Positions 30,916 to 38,661 of a stretch of 64,000 bases of DNA are shown here, piece by piece. Each line of letters begins with the position of its first letter. Positions within the stretch are counted from its first letter, which is position 1. The DNA is from Candidatus Latescibacterota bacterium (GTDB lineage Bacteria; Latescibacterota; UBA2968): NCBI GenBank assembly GCA_965207885.1, contig OZ242311.1, positions 4,000,001 to 4,064,000 of the forward strand, in the 5' to 3' direction. The position numbers and the translations under genes are program-made. The notes under the pieces were generated by a model that did no database searches, was not told where the DNA came from, and was given only the letters and a program-made list of their open reading frames with translations.

Positions 30916-30944
30916 AGTTTATGGACTCCAATTCCCATTGTCAA
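30916..30944 (-). promoter_or_regulatory. Sigma70 promoter of the TonB-CTD-PorV cassette
   Basis: TTGACA-N17-TAAACT on the minus strand. Confidence 0.65.
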
Positions 30945-30966
30945 GTGAAAGTTTACCCATTATCTT

Positions 30967-32164
30967 CATGGTACACGACAAAACTTAAATTGTTTTAAAC
31001 AGTGGCGGATTACTCAGTAAACGAATGCATATGAGGAACTGTTGGGTTTGTTGGTTTATATTGAGCAGGACATACTGCAAATAGTCCAACCCATATCGGA
31101 AGAGACTTTTCTCCATCCGCCCGTGATTTTTGATCGTCAAAGGATTTGTTTTTGCTATCCATTCGCCGATGATATGCGCCCAGATGCAGGCAATGGCCAA
31201 AAGCGCGATGAGTTTCTCAATGCGGTCTTGATGTATAAGATGGGTCTCTTCCAGATTAAATCCTCGACTTTTAAGATTGGCAAAAAGGACTTCAATGCCC
31301 CATCGTTTTTTATAGGTATCCAATGCGGCTTGACCTTTTTGGTTGCTGGCAAGAATGAGGTATTGGTCCTTCAATCTTAGTGCAGACAGATATACAGGCA
31401 GGTCATAAACGCGGTGGCGTTTGCACAAGTTGACCTGCTGATGGATATTAAGATTTTCAAACCGTTTTCTTATGGGGATCTCTCTACCGCCTGATGAGAC
31501 AAGAGCGTTTTCCTTGATGCGAATAACAAAGGGTATATTTTGTGTGTCTAACCACCTAAACCATTCTCTTCCAATAAATTCTCTGTCTGCGACGACAACG
31601 CGGATATGCGATTTGCAGATGCAGTTGAGCATTTCTTGCATCAAATGGATACGCTCATCACTATTGGAATTGCCCCGTTTTTTTAACAAGTGCCAACAGA
31701 TAGGAAAGGCGACCCCTTCATAGATAATGCCTGCGGTTAGGATGTTGATATTGAATTTTCCCAACTTCCAATTGGTGCGATCTATTGAGACTATAAAATC
31801 CGACTTTATAGGTAATAAGTGCAAGATCAATTGTCTCACACACGCATAGGGTAAGGCAAAGTGGGCAAAGAAGCGTTGGATACGACGATAATTAGATTTC
31901 TGCTTGACGGTTCCATTGAGTGCGTTTGCCAGTTTCATAAAATTGACGCTACGCAATTTTATCAGCGACAATATGAACGCAGCGGTAAACGTTATTCGGG
32001 CTTTATGCCAGTGAAAATATCCTTGCATAATCGTTTGAAGTTCAATAGTTTCAGGAGACATAGACCTGTGCCTTGTTAAGATGAGAAAGGTTTGTCTTGG
32101 GACATTCAAACCTAACTCTTTTTAGCTTTTTTCACAGGTCTTTTATTTTTTGTCGTGTACTATG
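30967..32164 (-). mobile_element. IS4 family insertion sequence (IS10 group, ISAba1-like ends), about 1198 bp
   Basis: Inverted repeats CATGGTACACGACAAAA / TTTTGTCGTGTACTATG with 1 mismatch. The flanks CATTATCTT and AAGTCCAAT are not direct repeats. Confidence 0.85.
30985..32061 (-). CDS. IS4 family DDE transposase
   Basis: IDRTNW, ADREFIG and YKKRWGIEVLFANLK (YREK signature). Confidence 0.92.
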   Translation of the reverse strand: MSPETIELQTIMQGYFHWHKARITFTAAFILSLIKLRSVNFMKLANALNGTVKQKSNYRRIQRFFAHFALPYACVRQLILHLLPIKSDFIVSIDRTNWKLGKFNINILTAGIIYEGVAFPICWHLLKKRGNSNSDERIHLMQEMLNCICKSHIRVVVADREFIGREWFRWLDTQNIPFVIRIKENALVSSGGREIPIRKRFENLNIHQQVNLCKRHRVYDLPVYLSALRLKDQYLILASNQKGQAALDTYKKRWGIEVLFANLKSRGFNLEETHLIHQDRIEKLIALLAIACIWAHIIGEWIAKTNPLTIKNHGRMEKSLFRYGLDYLQYVLLNINQQTQQFLICIRLLSNPPLFKTI

Positions 32165-32743
32165 AAGTCCAATACTATTTAAATGAGTTAAGGTACCAAA
32201 ATTGACACCCTCTCTATTGTAAATTTCTCCCTTCTCATCGAAGATCAATGGGCCAAAGTCCCAGGCAAATCCGCATAACTTGGAGAATAATTCGGCTTCG
32301 CTCTTGTCGAGATCAGACAAGAAATTGACCGTTCTCTTTGAGTACGTGCCCGGTCTATTCGCTTCGCCCGCCAGAACACACGACCACAGCATTTGCATCT
32401 CATCGTCGGATACTATTCGCGCCTTATCAAAGAAATTGGTGACCCAGTCGTCTTCTATGGAATCGGGATCGCCGTCTTCGTTCAATTGGGGTATAGCCTT
32501 GGACGTAATCTGTTCCATGTTATTTTGATATTGCGCTTCCTCTTCTATCCACCGACGGGCAGCTCTTTTATGCAAATCGGTAATTTGAATCTCCGATTCA
32601 GCTTCTGTGAGTGCTGCGTCTGCTTTCGCCTTGGCTATCCTTCGAATTTGACGCGGTTCAAATAATATGCCTGTCGCATTTGAAATTTTTTTGATCAGGG
32701 TATCGACCGGCTTCGATAGGTTGGACAGATCGATTATAGACAT
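32165..32743 (-). pseudogene. DUF2806-like protein truncated at its 3' end by the IS4
   Basis: NMEQI...DDWVTNFFDKARIVSDDEMQMLWSCVLAGEANRPGTYSKRT. The frame runs into the IS inverted repeat and stops 10 codons later. Confidence 0.75.
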
Positions 32744-32757
32744 TAAAATCCTCCGTG

Positions 32758-33033
32758 TTACCGTATTCCATCTACCTCAATGACTTGCCTTGTGAGTTCG
32801 TCATTTTTCGAACGCATCGGCTCGCGCAGTGGTATATCCAGTTCTACACCACCTAAAGACGCGAATCGGTCCTGTATAGCGCGTGCGAGATTGGTGGGGG
32901 GCGCGTGCTCGGTAAGGGCAACATGTAAAATAGCCCGCGCTTCCTCTTCCATCGAACGGCCGTGCTCTGCCGCCCGGATGCGCAGACGCTGCTTTATGTC
33001 ATCACTGAGGTTGCGTATCGTCATGCTGGCCAT
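32758..33033 (-). CDS. FitA/StbC-like ribbon-helix-helix antitoxin
   Basis: MASMTIRNLSDDIKQRLRIRAAEHGRSMEEEARAIL. Confidence 0.85.
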   Translation of the reverse strand: MASMTIRNLSDDIKQRLRIRAAEHGRSMEEEARAILHVALTEHAPPTNLARAIQDRFASLGGVELDIPLREPMRSKNDELTRQVIEVDGIR

Positions 33034-33157
33034 CTTCTTTACCTTCAATTCGAAAAAATATGCGATGCTCAAAAAATAGGGGCAAGACATTTCAAGCCAT
33101 CACGCACCGCTGGGTGGTCGAATACAGATTCACAATGACATACGTGGACAATGCTCA

Positions 33158-35050
33158 TTACTCCTCGCCTTGTTCGCTTTGTTCGGCGTCATTGTGCAAA
33201 GCATTCCAAAAGTAAATGAATACGAGCTTCAAAGCAAACCACCAAGCATAAATTGCGCTGGAGGAGTAGCAGGCCGTGTCATCAAGCAGACCATGTGCAA
33301 GTTCATTCCGGAGATTTGGTCCAAACGAATCACAGAGAAGTGCTTTGATCTCAAAAGTCAGATCCTCGCCGAATATCTCTTCTGTCTGTGGAATATCCAT
33401 AAGCGCGCTAAGACTGATCTCATTCTCTATTCCGTTGATATCCAAATTTGTGGTTTGTACTCCTACTTGTTTCAAGTGGTAGCGTATCATGTGCTCAATC
33501 TGGGGTACCAAGATATGTAGAGCTGTAACAAAATCCTGGTCATAACCTGCGAACAGTGCTTTGCCGAAGAGCTGTTCCCGTCCTATAGGCACGATAGGAG
33601 ATTGCCTGGCAAGATTGATAAAATCAGCTTCTCGCAAGCGGTGTTCCAGAAGCAGAACCTCTTGTGCTGGCAAGATACAACCCCGAACGACAAGATCGAC
33701 ATGAATGCGGTAATTTTCGATCATCTTAGCGCGGATGGTCTCCTCGCCGTCGTCAGCCTCATCGTTATCAGAGAATGTGCTATGGGGAATCATTCCAAGC
33801 CGCCTTGCAATGACGCGACCATCACGACTCATTGCAGTTCCAGAAAACAAGAATTGCATCGGATAGTTACGAATTTGCTCGATCGTGCTTTCGCGCAGTT
33901 CTCTGGCATTCTCGCTACTAACCAGATTGACAAATGCCTCCAGTGCCTCATTTAACGCCTTACCTCTCACTGAATTACGGGCATCATCAACGATCTGCCT
34001 GATGTCCCCACCAGGAATACGGATGACACCCATTTCATCCAGCGATCTCACCCCGGATTCGTTGAGATGCTGCCGTAACTCTGCAATTCGATCATCCACT
34101 TGATGCGGCTCACGCCTGGACCCGGGAATGGTACGGTATTTCTGGATGGCATTCTCGTAGTAGGCTCTGGCGATAATGTGACTCGGTTGATCCGACGACA
34201 ATCTGGCGTCAGCCTCTTTAACCCAGCCTTCGGCCACCTCAACTATCATTGCAGTTGACTTCTCATTGTCTCCAGACACCTTAAACCAATCAGCCGATGC
34301 CTGGAAGTATTCGCGTGCTCTGTGGAAATCTCTTTCACCCTCGAAATTGCGAGCAAGAGACTCGAGTTTTGTTGCGATCTTGGTTGAGTGATCCCTTCCG
34401 AGAGCGTTAGACTTGAGCAGATCAGCTAACCAAAAGCCGAGAGAGCCATCCTGCCTCGTCGCCGACTTAAATGCTTCGATGATCGAGCCTTCAATTTCGG
34501 TAACACGCTCGCCAGCTCCTGATCTGAGCCTGCGAGCCAGATCTATTGCCCGCTGCCAGCACTGTTGCCCGTCACGCAACCATGTCTCCGTGTCCAACGG
34601 GATAGACCGGTAGCTATCAATAGCCTCTAAGGCGAACTTGACACCGCGGGAACTTTGTAAGAGCCAGACCAGATCAGCCAGACGTGCTTTTAGCAAATGT
34701 GCCTTTGGACACGGATCATCAATTTCATCAATGATTCTCGCGAAGAAATCGATATCGTTTTTCGATAAGTCGTCTGGAATGCTTGAGCGTTGACCATCTA
34801 ACACCATGAAGGGCTTGAAAGGCTCGTTGAAACTGTCGGGCGAGATCATCATTGAGCAGGCCTGAGCTAACAGCGATAGCACCTTGCCATGGGCCTGGTG
34901 GTCTTCGTTGACGGCTTGCCTCGCAGCATCAGAGAACGCAAAATATATCGAGGAATAATCTTTACGGTCTGCGCCAGCCAATACCTCCTTCCAGCCACAA
35001 CCGGCAAAGTCCTCAGAGGTTAAAATTAGGTCTTCTTGATAATTGGTCAT
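33158..35050 (-). CDS. DUF4209-like protein with helical N-region and C-terminal HEPN-like RxxxxH motif
   Basis: ALHILVPQIEHMIR...GPNLRNELAHGLL. 4-bp ATGA overlap with the hsdS stop. Confidence 0.75.
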   Translation of the reverse strand: MTNYQEDLILTSEDFAGCGWKEVLAGADRKDYSSIYFAFSDAARQAVNEDHQAHGKVLSLLAQACSMMISPDSFNEPFKPFMVLDGQRSSIPDDLSKNDIDFFARIIDEIDDPCPKAHLLKARLADLVWLLQSSRGVKFALEAIDSYRSIPLDTETWLRDGQQCWQRAIDLARRLRSGAGERVTEIEGSIIEAFKSATRQDGSLGFWLADLLKSNALGRDHSTKIATKLESLARNFEGERDFHRAREYFQASADWFKVSGDNEKSTAMIVEVAEGWVKEADARLSSDQPSHIIARAYYENAIQKYRTIPGSRREPHQVDDRIAELRQHLNESGVRSLDEMGVIRIPGGDIRQIVDDARNSVRGKALNEALEAFVNLVSSENARELRESTIEQIRNYPMQFLFSGTAMSRDGRVIARRLGMIPHSTFSDNDEADDGEETIRAKMIENYRIHVDLVVRGCILPAQEVLLLEHRLREADFINLARQSPIVPIGREQLFGKALFAGYDQDFVTALHILVPQIEHMIRYHLKQVGVQTTNLDINGIENEISLSALMDIPQTEEIFGEDLTFEIKALLCDSFGPNLRNELAHGLLDDTACYSSSAIYAWWFALKLVFIYFWNALHNDAEQSEQGEE

Positions 35051-36351
35051 TTGTTTCTCGTTTCGTTTATTAGCCGTATCCGGCCAGTAAGAAGTTGCTG
35101 CATCATGCCCTGCTTGATGGCACGGGTCTTATTCCTGCGTTGTTCCAGTGTAACGATCTCGTCATCTATGTCGGAGAGCACAGCGGCTATAGCTCGTTGT
35201 TCGGTGTGGGTGGGGACAGACAGTTCGATTGAGGCCACATCACGCTTACCGATTTCCAGAAAGGTTGATCCTATGGCCCGCTCTATCATTTGCGGTTTGA
35301 GTGTCAAAAGTAGGTAATACAGGAACTCATTGGATACATCGTCTTTACAGACAAGCGACTTGAAGCCTTGGTTTGTGCATACTGGCGATGTAGCAATCTT
35401 GATCTCTCCGATAGTTGCGCGGCTGCATAGGAGAAGGGTACCAACAGGAAGCAGGCTTGCCGCGCAACTGGCCAATCCTGCCCCAGTGACACTCCGCTCT
35501 GTCGCGAGGAGATACTTCCCCGGCGTGGCCGTAATGTCGGTCGGCGTACACCACGGAATCGGCCCGTTCCAGTAGGCACTAATTTGAGTACTTGGCGTTG
35601 CTCCATTCCTTATATCCGCGACTTCTCCCAGTGTTGTCGTCTCCCACTTCCCACTGAACCCCGGCAGTCGGATCTTCCCGGTGAGAAGTTGCTGCATAGC
35701 GGCCTGCTTGACGGCTCGCTTTTTGGCGATCAGTTTCTCCAACGCTGTGAACAATCCATCCACATCCGACAACGCCTCTGCGATGGCGTGTTGCTCAGCG
35801 TCAGGGGGAACAGGTAATGGCACTATTTCAAGTTTGTCTTTTGGTAGATGTGCGATGCTTGTTTGAGTGACGTAGTTTGATAGATAACCGTTCGATGTCC
35901 ACAGTTGTAGCAGGCACATCATTAGATATACGTTGTAAGTTTTTACTGGTCGGAGTCGATGAATTGCTTTTTGGTAATAGCACTCTGGAATGAGGTCGTT
36001 CCAGATGGCAGCACGTCCTATCTCGCCGCCTTCGCAAACGAGCAGATCCCCTCTTCGAAGACGAAATCGCTGCAAATCCGACATAGACATCGGAACCGTG
36101 GCGATGCTGTCTAAGTCAATCCGTCCCCATTGAACAGAACGATTGCCAATGTAGGGTTTGGGTACGCCAGTATTATTAGCTGCATCAAGCATCTTGCCGA
36201 GTTGAATTCTGAACTCTGCACCGATAGTCGATACACGCCAGTCCTGTGGAATCACGCCCACCTCTGTGCGCTTGTAACCCATTGGCACCTCTTCCGATAG
36301 CGTATGTTCAGTTTCAAGGGCCTTGCCTATTGTCCTTTGTATCTTACTCAC
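35047..36351 (-). CDS. hsdS: Type I restriction-modification specificity subunit
   Basis: GYKRTEVGVIPQDW, two TRDs and two conserved helices (EQxAIA...KQxxMQQLLTG). Confidence 0.95.
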   Translation of the reverse strand: MSKIQRTIGKALETEHTLSEEVPMGYKRTEVGVIPQDWRVSTIGAEFRIQLGKMLDAANNTGVPKPYIGNRSVQWGRIDLDSIATVPMSMSDLQRFRLRRGDLLVCEGGEIGRAAIWNDLIPECYYQKAIHRLRPVKTYNVYLMMCLLQLWTSNGYLSNYVTQTSIAHLPKDKLEIVPLPVPPDAEQHAIAEALSDVDGLFTALEKLIAKKRAVKQAAMQQLLTGKIRLPGFSGKWETTTLGEVADIRNGATPSTQISAYWNGPIPWCTPTDITATPGKYLLATERSVTGAGLASCAASLLPVGTLLLCSRATIGEIKIATSPVCTNQGFKSLVCKDDVSNEFLYYLLLTLKPQMIERAIGSTFLEIGKRDVASIELSVPTHTEQRAIAAVLSDIDDEIVTLEQRRNKTRAIKQGMMQQLLTGRIRLINETRNK

Positions 36352-36456
36352 AACTTAGAACCGTTATGCTGGTAGGTGGTCGAAAAGGTTTCCGATGGAA
36401 ATATGGATGTGCCAAACCGAACCACGTTCATATTAGACTGTTTATAGCAAACCCAA

Positions 36457-37404
36457 TCAGCCAGGAGAAACTCCTATCTGCTGAATAAATTCAGTCCACA
36501 GACGCTCAACAGCGTTCCTTGGAGTGAGCTGTCCCTGGTCATCTCTAAAGCCTATAGTATTGACGAGATACTGTTCGTAACCGTCCGATTCAATGTAGAA
36601 GATACCATTTGCCATATTGGGTGCTGAGTTTTCCGAGAATGAGTAGGATATATCGCCCAACCCCATAAGGCCGTTCCTGCAATGTACAGTGATGTGCGCT
36701 GTATCATGGTTTCGCATGCGTGCTCTGTTGACGATTGTGCATCCGAACGAACTCGAGCCGTAGGACACAAAACGCCCGCGCAAATCGTCAATCGTATTGA
36801 TTGTGTCAATTTGCTTCTGGAAGTAGTCTCGAATGGTCGTAAATGCGGTCTCTCGGAACTCACTACGGTCTATTTCGTCGAAGTCTTTCTGTATTCGATA
36901 AGAAGGAGCCATAGGCGACGTGTCCAGAGTCCCTCCAGAGAAGGGAGTGTGTTCTGTACCAGACACAGTATCCTTACGAGTCTCAATAATTCGCCGAAGT
37001 TCCTTGACGACATCGAGATAGGCGCTGTTCTGGTTCGTCCACTCGCTTATGGGTTTGCCATCGCGTGGCAGTGCCTTGAACTTGCCCAGCGACGAAGTCC
37101 AATCGCAAGGCTCGACAATAATTGGTATAACAGGTGCTCCATCGTAGTCATGACGCTCAAGTGCTCGCTTCATTTCAATATTGACGCAATAGTCGGACGC
37201 CAAGAAATCCGGGCTGACCAGCATAAGGAAGACATCGCAGTACTCAAGTGCTTTGTCAATCTCGGCATCAATGTTTCCACCTGCGAGAATTTCACGATCA
37301 AACCAGGCATCAATAAGCCTTTCAGAACGAAGGGGAGCCAAATGGGTATGTAGTCGATCCAGAGCTACAGCATCTCTGTGTGAATATGAAATGAATGCCT
37401 TCAT
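36457..37404 (-). CDS. TIR domain protein with unrecognised C-terminal domain
   Basis: AFISYSHRD, LVSPDFLASDYCVNIE (catalytic Glu position) and VIPII. C-terminal region of about 150 aa not recognised. Confidence 0.88.
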   Translation of the reverse strand: MKAFISYSHRDAVALDRLHTHLAPLRSERLIDAWFDREILAGGNIDAEIDKALEYCDVFLMLVSPDFLASDYCVNIEMKRALERHDYDGAPVIPIIVEPCDWTSSLGKFKALPRDGKPISEWTNQNSAYLDVVKELRRIIETRKDTVSGTEHTPFSGGTLDTSPMAPSYRIQKDFDEIDRSEFRETAFTTIRDYFQKQIDTINTIDDLRGRFVSYGSSSFGCTIVNRARMRNHDTAHITVHCRNGLMGLGDISYSFSENSAPNMANGIFYIESDGYEQYLVNTIGFRDDQGQLTPRNAVERLWTEFIQQIGVSPG

Positions 37405-37538
37405 TGGACTGGTCCTCGCTTCTATTTAGTGCTTTTTGCCGCGTAGCGTATAGTACTCTTTCGCAACGCTATACGCATATTTACGGATCGTTTTAATACG
37501 GACAAAAAAGGCTATGTGATTTTCTTTTTAAACTATGA

Positions 37539-37567
37539 AATATACCCAATCTCCACGTTTCTGGCAA
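37539..37567 (-). promoter_or_regulatory. Internal sigma70 promoter upstream of TIR-hsdS-DUF4209
   Basis: TTGCCA-N17-TATATT on the minus strand. Confidence 0.5.
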
Positions 37568-37794
37568 AGCTGAAACCATAACAGGAGAGCTTCTATAATT
37601 CTAAAAGGGTGTTCTTGAAAGTTGTTGATGATCAGGAGGGCAAAACAGTGGGATTAACCCGAAGGGATATGGTGGAGCAATTCAGTGACCTGTGAGGTGG
37701 AAGGTAGTCCCATATCCTGGACAGAGAATATCCGGGACGCAACCTCGGAAATCTCAGAAGGAAGGAAATCTGACTTGATGTGTTGCTGGTTAGA

Positions 37795-38640
37795 CTATGT
37801 CTGACACAACTCAGCTATCATCGCCGCATTTTCACCGAGTTGGTCGTTGAATTTTTGATACATGCCCACCAGAAGAACATCATTGGGTTTTATATTTTTG
37901 AGAGTAAAAGCAAATTCTTCGCGAATCTGGTTTTTGGAGTTAATAGCGCGCCCAGCAGCGAGGACTTTGAAGGTAATGCACGGCTTGTCGGTACTGCGAA
38001 TAATACCACACATGCGATCGCGGTGTTCGCGGAGATAGATTTCACTCAAGGGTTGATGACCAAATTTTTGTTCAAATTCTTCGCGTGCGCCCTGCAAATA
38101 ATACAGCGCGGTCATATAGTAATCGATATCCCAGTCTTCTTCTTCGGCAATCTCAATAATCCGGGGATTGTGTACCGATAAACCAACCATAACCCCTGTG
38201 TCGCGGATGCCCTTGAGAATATCTCGAAGATAGTCCAGGCGATTTTCCTGAAAGCACCGCCCGGCAACACCACTTCCGTGAGGTGCCATGCCAATGGGAT
38301 TGTGTTTAGCTGCTTCGTCAATCAACAAGGGATCGTCATACCAGTGTCCACCTCTGCTGAGACAGAAATAATGAATCGTACCCCCCTCATCGCGGTATCG
38401 CTGAAGATCGGCAGCCGAGCGTTCGGTAAGCGTATTTTGCCAGGCATTAACACCCACTTCTTCTGCACGTCGCAAAGTCGCCATAACCTGATCGGATGTA
38501 TTGGCTTCTTGCTGGTGTTGCGAAAGCAACTGATTGAAATGTGCATATCCATAGATCGGATTGTCGCCCATAATGAGACGGCTGATTTGATACTGCCCAA
38601 ATTGAACCTTTGGTAGATTTATCGTATTTGAGACTGACAT
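37795..38640 (-). CDS. Aldo/keto-reductase-like TIM-barrel protein
   Basis: ISRLIMGDNP, VGLSVHNP, FKVLAAGR and VGMY. Canonical AKR catalytic tetrad not evident. Confidence 0.6.
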   Translation of the reverse strand: MSVSNTINLPKVQFGQYQISRLIMGDNPIYGYAHFNQLLSQHQQEANTSDQVMATLRRAEEVGVNAWQNTLTERSAADLQRYRDEGGTIHYFCLSRGGHWYDDPLLIDEAAKHNPIGMAPHGSGVAGRCFQENRLDYLRDILKGIRDTGVMVGLSVHNPRIIEIAEEEDWDIDYYMTALYYLQGAREEFEQKFGHQPLSEIYLREHRDRMCGIIRSTDKPCITFKVLAAGRAINSKNQIREEFAFTLKNIKPNDVLLVGMYQKFNDQLGENAAMIAELCQT

Positions 38641-38661
38641 GTTATTGCTCCTTCGTTTTAC

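Noticed and set aside
35047-36351. Phase-variable hsdS (shufflon or simple sequence repeat)
   Set aside because: Only one hsdS, with no recombinase, silent TRD copies or obvious SSR tract.
36457-37404. Thoeris, CBASS, Pycsar or SPARTA assignment for the TIR gene
   Set aside because: No ThsA (SIR2/Macro), nucleotide cyclase or Argonaute gene nearby.
37570-37790. Possible gene remnant between TIR and the AKR-like gene
   Set aside because: Only short, stop-interrupted frames with no recognisable motif.
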